NCBI RefSeq assembly: GCF_040372045.1
Contig: NZ_BAABWH010000005.1
Reading direction: 5' to 3' (one strand)
DNA from: Thalassolituus maritimus
Lineage (GTDB): Bacteria > Pseudomonadota > Gammaproteobacteria > Pseudomonadales > Oceanobacteraceae
Length of the DNA: 32,000 nucleotides
A model generated the notes under the pieces. It saw nothing but the letters and a program-made list of their open reading frames with translations. It did no database searches and had not been told where the DNA came from. The translations under genes and the position numbers were made by a program. Every line of letters starts with the position of its first letter. Within the stretch, counting starts at the first letter, position 1. Of this stretch, positions 17,713 to 26,442 are shown one piece after another.

Positions 17713-18390
17713 TCAACGCAGGCGTGCCAGACTGGCACGTACCTGATCAAGCTCAGGATCGAGTTCGAGCGCCTGTTCCCAGCTTGCCCGCGCCTCTGGA
17801 AGCAAACCCATCTTGTAATAGATACTTCCCTTGAGGGCATGCGCTTGTGCTGAATCCGGAATCAACTCGAGTGCATCATTGGTCTGATCAAGCGCGTCCC
17901 AGTATTCCTTTTTATAAAACAGGCTTTGGGCCGAAAGGATGTGTTTCGTCATCGTTTCGCTACGACTGAGTTTTTCCTTCTGCTGCTCGCTGATTTTTCC
18001 CTCTGCATCAGCGTGATTTTCAGCCGCGATATCACTAGCAGTGCCTTCCATCAGTCCGTCGCTCTGATCTTCCACTTCAGCATGACTCTGCGGCAAATCC
18101 ATAACGAACTTCACATCAGAATCACCCGCATCAATGGTCATCAGAATGTCATACCCTTCACCGTAGCGATGGATGTGCATCAAGCCATGTTGCTTTTTGG
18201 CTTTCTCGACCACCTTCTCCAGTTGAGAGATTTCTTCAACCTCGGCCTCTTCTTCCGGTTCGACAGGCTTCCCCGGATCGACCCATGGGCTTGGGTTAAA
18301 CCCTTTTACCATCTTGTTGGTACGTTCGTGCGAGCAACCCTGAATTCCCAGAGAGACAAGGAGCACGGCAACTATCATTCCTGCTTTCAT
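17713..18390 (-). CDS. TPR-containing lipoprotein, component of the motor-like cluster
   Basis: 225 aa; lipobox MKAGMIVAVLLVSLGIQGC; C-terminal TPR 'AQSLFYKKEYWDALDQTNDALELIPDSAQAHALKGSIYYKMGLLPEARASWEQALELDPELDQVRASLARL'. AGGAGA RBS overlapping the upstream gene's stop. Confidence 0.85.
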   Translation of the reverse strand: MKAGMIVAVLLVSLGIQGCSHERTNKMVKGFNPSPWVDPGKPVEPEEEAEVEEISQLEKVVEKAKKQHGLMHIHRYGEGYDILMTIDAGDSDVKFVMDLPQSHAEVEDQSDGLMEGTASDIAAENHADAEGKISEQQKEKLSRSETMTKHILSAQSLFYKKEYWDALDQTNDALELIPDSAQAHALKGSIYYKMGLLPEARASWEQALELDPELDQVRASLARLR

Positions 18391-18398
18391 ACTATCTC

Positions 18399-19454
18399 CT
18401 AGAATCTCAGACCAAGTGACAAGTCATAGCTCGCACCACCAAGCTTCCCTGTGTCTTCCAGACCAGAAACACTCGTCCATTTCGCTGTGCTTTCCGGCAA
18501 GTACGTCACGCCATAATCAATGAAGCCGTCTTTGAAAAAGGGGAATTCAAAACCAAAACGGAAGACCAGTGCGTTGGTGTCGTTAAAGAACGCCTGCCCC
18601 ATACCCAGATAAACTTTCGTATCGATAAGATCATCCATGCTGGGAATATCAGCGATGATCCTCCCTTCCAGATTTATGCCTGAGATATCGAAGTTTTCGC
18701 GATTAGAGAAATTGCGGAAATACTCGAACGCCAGGGTGTATTGCAACTGATCGTCGAGGCTCGTCGTTTCGCGGCGTCGGATGCCAAATACGGTGACGCC
18801 TTTTACCTCTTCACTGTCTGTACTGGACAGGTGGGCCCGCTCTGCAGAAATTCCCCATGCGCCGACAAGGAATTCATAATTTACGCTGTCAAAGCCCTCT
18901 ACTTCCTGTTCCAGAGTCGTTTTCTTCGAATATTCTTTCAGCCACAGTAATTTGTTGTCGCGGGCATCGACCATACGCAAGTTAATGGTGAATTTGTTCT
19001 GCTCGACTGACGCGTTCCAGAACAAAAAAGCATCCGCTCGCACATGCTGCCCTAGCTTCCGTAACGCCTGATTATCAACAGCGACATGGCTGACCTCGAG
19101 CCGGTCTTCTCGCATTGCTACCTGCGTAGTTCTGCATTCAAGACATTGAATGACTTCAAAACGACCGCTATCCAGCATGCGCTTCATTAGCTTGTTCTCG
19201 ATCATCAAATGAACTTGCTTAGGAATCTTACGGTGCATCCGATCCCCGTTGTGATATAGCGCTACCCGCTTCACGGACTCGGGAAGGTCAATTAACTCTT
19301 CCTTTACCAGCGTTTTGTCGTCATCCAGCAGCTGAGTAAAACCCGTGTACAAAGATGAGCGCATTTCGGGTGGCTCAAGACCGGGAAGAGGTGTCTCTGC
19401 AAGACTGCTGAGCGGTAATAATATTACGGAGAGTAACAGTAACCGTCGGAACAT
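18399..19454 (-). CDS. Predicted outer-membrane protein: CsgG/FlgO-like N-terminal domain plus C-terminal beta-strand-rich region
   Basis: 351 aa; signal peptide MFRRLLLLSVILLPLSSLAE; 'SVKRVALYHNGDRMHRKIPKQVHLMIENKLMKRMLDSGRFEVIQCLECRTT....LRKLGQHVRADAFLFWNASVEQNKFTINLRMVDARDNKLLWLKEY' resembles CsgG/FlgO-type alpha/beta domains. The C-terminal half has alternating amphipathic strands and ends in 'YDLSLGLRF' (terminal Phe typical of BAM substrates). Confidence 0.7.
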   Translation of the reverse strand: MFRRLLLLSVILLPLSSLAETPLPGLEPPEMRSSLYTGFTQLLDDDKTLVKEELIDLPESVKRVALYHNGDRMHRKIPKQVHLMIENKLMKRMLDSGRFEVIQCLECRTTQVAMREDRLEVSHVAVDNQALRKLGQHVRADAFLFWNASVEQNKFTINLRMVDARDNKLLWLKEYSKKTTLEQEVEGFDSVNYEFLVGAWGISAERAHLSSTDSEEVKGVTVFGIRRRETTSLDDQLQYTLAFEYFRNFSNRENFDISGINLEGRIIADIPSMDDLIDTKVYLGMGQAFFNDTNALVFRFGFEFPFFKDGFIDYGVTYLPESTAKWTSVSGLEDTGKLGGASYDLSLGLRF

Positions 19455-19768
19455 CTGGGCATCCTGTATAGGTAAAACGCGAATACAGAGAGCTTAGTTC
19501 AGTACAGTAGACTCAGTTGAGGCGGCGACATTCCAACCTTTTGATTAACAAATGTTTTTTATTTGAAGATAAGATGACCGACAATAATCGAACGTCGTTC
19601 TATTTCACGAACGCCATTGAAATGCCGCAATGTGGAATGCAGCGGTAGGGAACTGGACAGTTTCAGCCGAACGCCAAAAGAGGTACCGAGAAACGACAAA
19701 CCGACGCCATAAAGACGTCAGCTTGTTTTCATTGGTAACAGATTGTCAGAGGTAAGCCGTTGATCTCG

Positions 19769-20065
19769 TCAGTTCGACAGGTGATCACACAAGGCTGCCA
19801 TATCAACATCGCGCTGAGTCACACCGCCGGCATCATGGCTCCACCAGATAACCGTCAATAAGCCCCACGCCACGTTGATTTGAGGGTGATGATCATAATT
19901 CTCGGCGAGTTCAGCTATCTTGCCTGCCAAAGCAAAGGCATCGGCAAAATTAGCAAAGGTCCAGGTTCGACAGAGGCAGGGGATGTCCTCCATTGTACCA
20001 ATGTGCCACTCAGGACGACTCAAGAGCTGAGATGTGAGTTCTTCGTGTGTCAGTACATCAGACAT
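19769..20065 (-). CDS. phhB: 4a-hydroxytetrahydrobiopterin (pterin-4-alpha-carbinolamine) dehydratase
   Basis: 98 aa; 'WTFANFADAFALAGKIAELAENYDHHPQINVAWGLLTVIWWSHDAGGVTQRDVDMAALCD' matches the PCD family. Confidence 0.88.
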   Translation of the reverse strand: MSDVLTHEELTSQLLSRPEWHIGTMEDIPCLCRTWTFANFADAFALAGKIAELAENYDHHPQINVAWGLLTVIWWSHDAGGVTQRDVDMAALCDHLSN

Positions 20066-20105
20066 ACAACCTCCGGGAAAGAAGTGAATGAGTCCTTACT
20101 CTGAC

Positions 20106-20135
20106 AAAAAAGGAGAGCAATTGCTCTCCTTTTTT
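20106..20135. terminator. Bidirectional Rho-independent terminator between fumarase and phhB
   Basis: Perfect palindrome AAAAAAGGAGAGCAA/TTGCTCTCCTTTTTT. Confidence 0.92.
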
Positions 20136-20174
20136 CGTATCAGGACAGGTCAAAGAATCCTTAGGAGGAAATCC

Positions 20175-21683
20175 TCAGACCTCGGTCGCGTTGATTCGCG
20201 CGAACCACTCCTGAGGGCCCGTCTGGTGAACGGACTCGCCTTTGCTGTCTACCGCTACGGTAACTGGCATATCTTCGACTTCAAACTCGTAGATAGCTTC
20301 CATGCCCAAGTCGTCAAAGCCGACAACCTTAGCGCCTTTAATCGCTTGAGATACCAGGTACGCAGCACCACCAACAGCCATCAGATAAACAGCTTCGTTG
20401 TCACGAATCGCATCAATAGCAATCGGACCACGTTCTGCTTTACCGATCATCCCCAGCAGACCGGTCTCCTCGAGCACAGTACGGGTGAATTTATCCATAC
20501 GCGTCGCGGTTGTCGGGCCCGCAGGACCTACGACTTCTTCGCGCACCGGATCAACCGGACCGACGTAGTAAATAAAACGACCTTTCAGATCAACTGGAAG
20601 CTCTTCGCCTTTCGAAATCATGTCGACCATACGCTTGTGCGCCGCATCACGGCCAGTCAGCATCTTACCGGACAACAAAACTGTCTCACCCGGCTGCCAG
20701 TCTTTCACATCTTCTGGAGTCACAGTGTCGAGGTTTACACGGCGAACGCTGTCACCGACTTCCCAGCTGATTTCTGGCCAGTCTTCAAGCTTAGGCGCTT
20801 TCAGAGAAGCAGGGCCGGAACCGTCCAACTCGAAATGCGTGTGACGGGTTGCAGCACAGTTCGGGATAATCGCAACAGGCTTATTCGCTGCATGCGTTGG
20901 GTAATCGGCGACTTTGATGTCGAGAACCGTGGTCAAACCACCCAGTCCCTGAGCACCAATACCCAGCTTGTTTACTTTCTCGTAGAGTTCGAGACGCAGT
21001 TCTTCCGCACGGTTTTCTGCACCGCGAGCCTGAAGTTCCTGAATATTAACCGGCTCAAGCAGCGCTTCTTTGGCAATCTGCATCGCTTTCTCAGCCGTAC
21101 CGCCAATACCAATGCCCAGCATACCCGGTGGACACCAGCCTGCACCCATCTTCGGCACCTGCTCAAGTACCCAATCAACAATCGAGTCTGATGGATTCAG
21201 CATCGCGAACTTTGATTTCGCCTCTGAACCACCGCCTTTCGCTGCAACATGAACATCAACCGTGCTGCCCGGTACTAATTTCATGTGAATGATGGCTGGC
21301 GTATTGTCTTTGGTGTTTGCACGCTTGCCATCCGGATCAGCGAGTACGGACGCACGGAGTACATTGTCAGGATGCGTATAAGCACGGCGAACGCCTTCGT
21401 TGCACATGTCTTCGACGCTCATATCACCCTCGAACTTCACATCCATACCGATGTTGAGGAAGACCGTTACGATACCCGTGTCCTGACAAATTGGACGTTT
21501 CCCCATCGCACACATACGTGAATTGATCAGAATCTGAGCCATGGCGTCTTTCGCTGCCTTGGATTCCTCACGCTCATAGGCCTGGTGTACGGCATCAATG
21601 AAGTCTTTCGGGTGGTAGTAGGAAATGTATTGCAAAGCGTCAGCAACGCTCTGAATCAGATCCTCTTGCTTTATCACGGTCAT
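20175..21683 (-). CDS. fumA: Fumarate hydratase class I (iron-sulfur, single-chain)
   Basis: 502 aa; 'RPICQDTGIVTVFLNIGMDVKFEG', 'AKGGGSEAKSKFAMLNPSDSIVDWVLEQVPKMGAGWCPPGMLGIGIGGTAEKAM', 'GAQGLGGLTTVLDIKVADYPTHAANKPVAIIPNCAATRHTHFELDGSG'. Confidence 0.96.
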   Translation of the reverse strand: MTVIKQEDLIQSVADALQYISYYHPKDFIDAVHQAYEREESKAAKDAMAQILINSRMCAMGKRPICQDTGIVTVFLNIGMDVKFEGDMSVEDMCNEGVRRAYTHPDNVLRASVLADPDGKRANTKDNTPAIIHMKLVPGSTVDVHVAAKGGGSEAKSKFAMLNPSDSIVDWVLEQVPKMGAGWCPPGMLGIGIGGTAEKAMQIAKEALLEPVNIQELQARGAENRAEELRLELYEKVNKLGIGAQGLGGLTTVLDIKVADYPTHAANKPVAIIPNCAATRHTHFELDGSGPASLKAPKLEDWPEISWEVGDSVRRVNLDTVTPEDVKDWQPGETVLLSGKMLTGRDAAHKRMVDMISKGEELPVDLKGRFIYYVGPVDPVREEVVGPAGPTTATRMDKFTRTVLEETGLLGMIGKAERGPIAIDAIRDNEAVYLMAVGGAAYLVSQAIKGAKVVGFDDLGMEAIYEFEVEDMPVTVAVDSKGESVHQTGPQEWFARINATEV

Positions 21684-21735
21684 CGGCTGATCTCTCTCTG
21701 AACAGGCTTATGGTCACATCGTTGTATACGGTCGC

Positions 21736-21764
21736 AAAAACGCCCACATTTAGTGGGCGTTTTA
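21736..21764. terminator. Bidirectional Rho-independent terminator
   Basis: AAAAACGCCCAC-attta-GTGGGCGTTTTT; 12-bp stem flanked by A/T tracts, located between the DUF2846-like lipoprotein gene and fumA. Confidence 0.92.
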
Positions 21765-21801
21765 TTATTATGCTGGGAATTGTAGCTCAAGCGGTCGCCC
21801 G

Positions 21802-22578
21802 TTAAAACGGCCACCACTCTTCTTCGGTTGAGCGGGGCTTCGCTCGAAGTCCTTCAGGGGCATCCGTCTCAGCGTTATTATCTTCTTCAATAAAGAAGGT
21901 CTGAGGCTCTTGCTGTTCTTCGACCTGCGGCTGAGCAGGCTCAGACTGACGAGCCATCACTGTCTCTTCCGGAGCATCATCTTCTGAGCGGGACTTAGCA
22001 CGGATCAATTCGCGTCCATGATGGTGCAAACGGGTCTTGTTCATTTCGCGGACAGCAAGGTCATGTCCGACCAGCTGAAGAGGGCCATCTCCGCCCAGCG
22101 ATCCATCGTCCATCAGAACCATGTTCTGAGGATCAACTTCAGAATACCGCAGGTAATAGACCTTACCCGCTTCGAGGTTCATGTCGAAATCACTGTAAGT
22201 GCGGAAAACCAGACTACCGACACCTTCAAAACCAAAAATGCCACGACGCACAACAAAGTCGTAGGTACCCGGTTCCATCTCGTACCAGGTGTAGCCGCCG
22301 CCTTTGAAGTTGAACAAACGCTCACCGTTGACATTAAGACTCGGCGCTTCGACCTCATCCATAGACCACTCAGTCGCAGGACGGTAAATGTATACCAGTG
22401 CGTACTTTTCGTAATCCCAACGATAACCCACGGACTTGTAGTACTGCCCTTTTGGCGAGAACAGCCACTTAGGATAAGACCCGAAATTATCGAACGTTGT
22501 GATGTGAATATTGCTACACCCGGCGATTAACGCCCCCATGGCTGCAGCAGAGAAAACTTTGATTGCTGTTTTTATCAT
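21802..22578 (-). CDS. Lipoprotein, DUF2846-like
   Basis: 258 aa; lipobox MIKTAIKVFSAAAMGALIAGCSN; 'ALVYIYRPATEWSMDEVEAPSLNVNGERLFNFKGGGYTWYEMEPGTYDFVVRR' resembles DUF2846 proteins; acidic Gln/Glu-rich C-terminal tail. Confidence 0.7.
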   Translation of the reverse strand: MIKTAIKVFSAAAMGALIAGCSNIHITTFDNFGSYPKWLFSPKGQYYKSVGYRWDYEKYALVYIYRPATEWSMDEVEAPSLNVNGERLFNFKGGGYTWYEMEPGTYDFVVRRGIFGFEGVGSLVFRTYSDFDMNLEAGKVYYLRYSEVDPQNMVLMDDGSLGGDGPLQLVGHDLAVREMNKTRLHHHGRELIRAKSRSEDDAPEETVMARQSEPAQPQVEEQQEPQTFFIEEDNNAETDAPEGLRAKPRSTEEEWWPF

Positions 22579-22766
22579 TATTATGCCCTGTTACCGGCTA
22601 TTACATACGTTTCAGGTCGGCTGGCCTACTTCGAGATCGCCAGACTATGACCACCAGTATTTATCAACTGGCGTAATGTTACCAACTGTACAGAAAGTAA
22701 ACCGTCGTGCTATATTGCATTCTACACATAATAACAAAAAGAAACAGCCACTAAGGGAAAGCAAAC

Positions 22767-23279
22767 ATGAAGAGTAGTCTGTACACACTTCCCCTCCTGT
22801 CGATTCTTGTAGCGGCTCCGGTTATGGCCGCGGAGACACTGGAACAGGAAAGCGCAACTCAAGCTTACGGCTCGCCAGAAATTGAAGTCGCGGTTGAAGC
22901 CGCCAGACGTTTCCCGGTTCAGGCCGAATACGTTGGTTACGAATGGTATAACCGCACCACCAGCAAAAGTTTTCCACTGCCCAAAATGCTCAATACTGAG
23001 ATGAACGATCTGGTAATTGAAGGCGCAATGGGACCAACTGCTGCCGGTACGGCTGCTGCCGAAGAGGCGTCTCGTCCAACACGTCGTGTGGCCTTGGGTC
23101 AAAGTGACGAAGACGAAGAAGTCATCGAGACAGATGAGAACCTTCAGCCATCTCCGCGTGCCGACGTCAAACGGGTACGAGAAGTGTTCATCAAGGAATC
23201 TCGCTCTTCCAGTGCAAGTGGTGAGATGATCACTCGTGAGGCCCGTTCATTCGGCACGGTCTCGGCTACCGCGCGATAA
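22767..23279 (+). CDS. Small exported hypothetical protein, member A of a tandem paralogous pair
   Basis: 170 aa; signal peptide MKSSLYTLPLLSILVAAPVMAAE, GGGAAA-type RBS upstream; shares 'E-[WF]-x-Y/N...RTTS-[KQ]-S' with the next gene. Confidence 0.75.
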   Translation: MKSSLYTLPLLSILVAAPVMAAETLEQESATQAYGSPEIEVAVEAARRFPVQAEYVGYEWYNRTTSKSFPLPKMLNTEMNDLVIEGAMGPTAAGTAAAEEASRPTRRVALGQSDEDEEVIETDENLQPSPRADVKRVREVFIKESRSSSASGEMITREARSFGTVSATAR

Positions 23280-23289
23280 GGATTCCGCC

Positions 23290-23784
23290 ATGCCAAGTGT
23301 CGTTATAAGTGCAGCGGTGCTCTTACTGCTGTGCTCTGGGGCCAGCGTAGCAGGAAATAAGTCAGCAACCGCTGAAGATTTTCGAAAAGCGCAGGACGAT
23401 TACTATGCCAGTGATCTTGATGCCGCCATCACCGAAGCACGCGAACGTACTCATCACTACGACTACAGCAGTGAATTTCGCTACGACCGCACTACGTCGC
23501 AAAGTATTCGTTTCTCACGCATGAGAAACAATGAACTTGAGCAACAGCGCATAGAAACCGCATCCTTGGCACCGACCAGTTCAGGTAACTCTGAAGACAC
23601 CGAATATAGTGCTGAAGGTAGTGCGGAAGTTAGTGGCGAATGGAATGCTGATGGCACCGAAGACGGTTTCCCGACCGACTTATTAGAACGTAATGACGTA
23701 CTGCCAACCACGGTCAGCCCAGCTGCCAGCCAGCAGATACAGCTGCCATCCAGTGGCATTCAAGTTCAAGTTAATGTGCGCTGA
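23290..23784 (+). CDS. Small exported hypothetical protein, member B of a tandem paralogous pair
   Basis: ORF 23236..23784; ATG at 23290, 10 bp after the previous stop, gives signal peptide MPSVVISAAVLLLLCSGASVAG; 'YSSEFRYDRTTSQSIRFSRMRNNELEQQRIE' aligns with 'VGYEWYNRTTSKSFPLPKMLNTEMNDLVIE' of the upstream gene. Confidence 0.75.
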   Translation: MPSVVISAAVLLLLCSGASVAGNKSATAEDFRKAQDDYYASDLDAAITEARERTHHYDYSSEFRYDRTTSQSIRFSRMRNNELEQQRIETASLAPTSSGNSEDTEYSAEGSAEVSGEWNADGTEDGFPTDLLERNDVLPTTVSPAASQQIQLPSSGIQVQVNVR

Positions 23785-24628
23785 GCTCCAGCCTCTGGCG
23801 AATAATACTCCGCGCTTTCTGCCCCATCACCAGTAACCTGCGATCACGCTGCCAGTAGTCCGCCGCTGCCGCAGGCAAAGCCGCAGCAACCGTCATCAGC
23901 TCTTCGGCAAGTGCTTCAAAGGCGTTTAACTGCTCCAGACAATAACCTTTCGACGACATCCGGTAACCACCGGCCAATGCCTGCATCACCGTCACCAGCT
24001 TGCTTTGATCTGACGCACTGTCTGACATCCTCAGACACCAGCCGGAAAACGCAAGTATGGTCATTACATCTTCATGGTATCGGAACGGCTTATTAATTTC
24101 GTTGTGCGCGTCGGCACAGTGAAAATGCGAGTCAACATGCGCCTCATTAAACTCGAGTGCGTGATGAGCTAACTCAGGAACCACGGGTTGCGCTGGGTCA
24201 GACGGTAATACAGAGACACCCTGCTCACCCGCCTTTACCCGACGACAAACCAGATCAGATTGGTCACGAGCAATGATATAGAGCCAGTCCATACCACTGT
24301 CGGCCAGCATAGCGTGACTCTTCCTACCCGATATCACGCCATTGTCTATGCAAGTAGACATTTCTGAGAGCGAGCGCAAGCCCTTTTCAGACACACAAAG
24401 ACATGCCCATTGCTCTGGAGACAGTGAAGAATCGACCGCGCGCATAGCAACCTGATAGCCGGCGAGAAATGCCGATGCAGGGATATCGGAACGCAACCCA
24501 GAAATAATGGCTGCCTCCGCAGGTTCTGAGGTTCGTAGTAATCGTGCCAGGTTCATCCTTAACGTATATGGCGTCGTCACTGAGAGTGCAGGCAAGCTCA
24601 GTGCCTGCACCCAGAGATCTGGCATCAT
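23771..24628 (-). CDS. Acyl-CoA dehydrogenase-like protein (short/divergent)
   Basis: 285 aa; 'CVSEKGLRSLSEMSTCIDNGVISGRKSHAMLADSGMDWLYIIARDQSDLVCRRV' resembles the ACAD middle domain, and the C-terminal half is helical like the ACAD C-terminal bundle. Overlaps the convergent gene end by 14 bp. Confidence 0.55.
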   Translation of the reverse strand: MMPDLWVQALSLPALSVTTPYTLRMNLARLLRTSEPAEAAIISGLRSDIPASAFLAGYQVAMRAVDSSLSPEQWACLCVSEKGLRSLSEMSTCIDNGVISGRKSHAMLADSGMDWLYIIARDQSDLVCRRVKAGEQGVSVLPSDPAQPVVPELAHHALEFNEAHVDSHFHCADAHNEINKPFRYHEDVMTILAFSGWCLRMSDSASDQSKLVTVMQALAGGYRMSSKGYCLEQLNAFEALAEELMTVAAALPAAAADYWQRDRRLLVMGQKARSIIRQRLELSAH

Positions 24629-24634
24629 GTGTAA

Positions 24635-25456
24635 TTAACCACCGCTCATTGCGTTCTGAATACGATCCAGACGGATCTGGATATCTTCGATTTCCAGTTT
24701 CATATTCAACAGATCGTTGTAACCCGCACCGCCACCACTGGCCGGAGCAGCCTTCTGACTATCCACTGTGGTACGAAGACTGTTAACGCTGGCTTCCAGC
24801 ATATCGATGCCTTCTTTATTCTGGGCAATAGATAACTCCAACCCAGAAGGCATAGCTGCCACACTGTTCTTTAATTCAGCCAGTTGTGCTTTCAATGCTT
24901 TGATATCGGAAGAACTCGCTCCTGAAGCACTGTTCACCGCAGAGCTGAGATTATTGAGTTTGGCTGCATTGGCATCAATATCCGCACGATTACGCTTGCT
25001 CGCCAAATCCCATAATTTCCGGATTTCGTTGTCCTGTTCACGCAAGACTACTTTAAGTGCATCTACCGAAAGATTCGCGTTTTCACCCGACGCCGAGAGA
25101 CGATTTTCAAGCGCTTCGATCTTACCGCCCTGCAGCAACAGAATATCCTGAGCAGCGGTCAGCTTCTGCTGAGATGACTCCAATAAAGTGTACATATATC
25201 CAGCGCCCGCCAGAGCACCGAGGGCGACGAGGAGGCTGACAACCGCCAAGCCCGATGAGCCCGATGAGCCTGAAGACCGCTGCACCGGTGCCGCCGCTGC
25301 AGTTGTCGCCTGTGCTGTTGGCGCTGTTGCTGCAGCAGTTAAGGGGTCAGTAGCCGGCGCACTGCGTTTCGCAGCACCTGCCTGTGCCAGACGTTGTTGA
25401 GCCTGACGACGAAGCTGCTGTTGCCGCTGCGCAATCTCTTCCTCTGTTGGTTTCAT
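24635..25456 (-). CDS. Single-pass membrane protein with coiled-coil periplasmic region
   Basis: ORF 24635..25465, likely ATG at 25456 (MKPTEEEIAQRQQQLRRQAQQRL...). Low-complexity Ala/Thr/Pro linker, TM 'LAVVSLLVALGALAGAGYMYTLL', then long heptad-like helices. Confidence 0.7.
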   Translation of the reverse strand: MKPTEEEIAQRQQQLRRQAQQRLAQAGAAKRSAPATDPLTAAATAPTAQATTAAAAPVQRSSGSSGSSGLAVVSLLVALGALAGAGYMYTLLESSQQKLTAAQDILLLQGGKIEALENRLSASGENANLSVDALKVVLREQDNEIRKLWDLASKRNRADIDANAAKLNNLSSAVNSASGASSSDIKALKAQLAELKNSVAAMPSGLELSIAQNKEGIDMLEASVNSLRTTVDSQKAAPASGGGAGYNDLLNMKLEIEDIQIRLDRIQNAMSGG

Positions 25457-25800
25457 TCGATACACCTTTTCTTGTTATTCCGTCCGGGTGACTGAACAGC
25501 GTGCTTCCCCAAAAGCTCAGTCACTACGACGCTTCGTTCGCGCTTCAATCTACGCGATACCCTTATGACTTTGAACCGTTAGTTTCCCTGATTGTCTACC
25601 GGTTGGCAATTTGTAAAGAAATGCTCAAGAAGACCTGTTAAATTTGAATCGAAACAAGGCCGTAGCCACGACAGACAGCGGCGTTATAATCTTTAGAATT
25701 ATTCAATAACGGAGCATTGAAATAGTACGAAACGACCCCATGTAGGTCACAACGGACATTTCAATAAATCCGGCAACCAACCTGAAATCGGAGAGAGACC

Positions 25801-26382
25801 ATGGCGTTCGAACTTCCTGCACTGCCTTACGAAAAAAATGCACTGGAGCCACACATTTCATCAGAGACTCTGGACTTCCACTACGGCAAACACCACAACA
25901 CCTACGTTCAGAAGCTGAACGGTCTGGTTGAAGGTACTGATCTCGAAGGCAAGAGCCTGGAAGACATCATCAAGACTTCTTCAGGTGGCGTATTCAACAA
26001 TGCGGCTCAGATCTGGAACCACACTTTCTACTGGAACAGCCTGAGCCCGAATGGCGGTGGCGAGCCAACTGGTGCGGTCGCTGACGCTATCAATGCGGCA
26101 TTCGGTTCTTTCGAAGACTTCAAAGCTAAGTTCAACGACATGGCTGTTAACAACTTCGGCTCAAGCTGGACTTGGCTGGTTAAGAAAGCAGATGGCACTC
26201 TGGATATCGTTAACACTTCCAACGCTGCAACGCCAATCACTGAAGACCTGACTCCACTGATTACCGTTGACCTGTGGGAACACGCCTACTACATCGACTA
26301 CCGCAATGTTCGTCCTGATTACCTGAAAGGTTTCTGGGCACTGGTTAACTGGGACTTCGCTAACGAAAACTTCGCTAAGTAA
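25801..26382 (+). CDS. sodB: Iron superoxide dismutase
   Basis: 193 aa; '[40 protein letters not shown]', '[24 protein letters not shown]', '[18 protein letters not shown]'. Confidence 0.97.
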   Translation: MAFELPALPYEKNALEPHISSETLDFHYGKHHNTYVQKLNGLVEGTDLEGKSLEDIIKTSSGGVFNNAAQIWNHTFYWNSLSPNGGGEPTGAVADAINAAFGSFEDFKAKFNDMAVNNFGSSWTWLVKKADGTLDIVNTSNAATPITEDLTPLITVDLWEHAYYIDYRNVRPDYLKGFWALVNWDFANENFAK

Positions 26383-26400
26383 TCGATCAGCGTTGTCAGT

Positions 26401-26435
26401 AGTACTAAACCAGTACTAAGTACTAAACCAGTACT
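26401..26435. repeat. Short tandem direct repeat (two 17-bp copies)
   Basis: AGTACTAAACCAGTACT at 26401-26417 and 26419-26435, separated by a single A. Confidence 0.9.
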
Positions 26436-26442
26436 GAGTATT

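Noticed and set aside
17926-18402. Plus-strand ORF of 158 aa inside the motor-like cluster
   Set aside because: Antisense to the TPR lipoprotein, which has a lipobox, RBS and TPRs. Treated as a shadow ORF.
14247-19454. Interpretation as an ordinary flagellar operon fragment
   Set aside because: No fliE, fliH/I/J, fliM/N/P/Q/R, flh or flg genes in the window. FliF- and FliG-like parts are fused and reduced, and the cluster adds a TPR lipoprotein and outer-membrane protein not found in that arrangement. A displaced flagellar origin cannot be fully excluded without the rest of the genome.
20088-21191. Plus-strand ORF of 367 aa
   Set aside because: Antisense to fumarase (20175..21683), which has unmistakable family motifs. 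The antisense product has no domain pattern and is explained by the reverse-complement codon bias of the real gene.
22018-22530. Plus-strand ORF of 170 aa
   Set aside because: Antisense to the lipoprotein gene at 21802..22578, which has a lipobox and coherent domain. No supporting features for the antisense frame.
26401-26435. Possible CRISPR-like repeats
   Set aside because: Only two 17-bp copies with a 1-bp separation and no spacers or cas genes; a simple tandem duplication.
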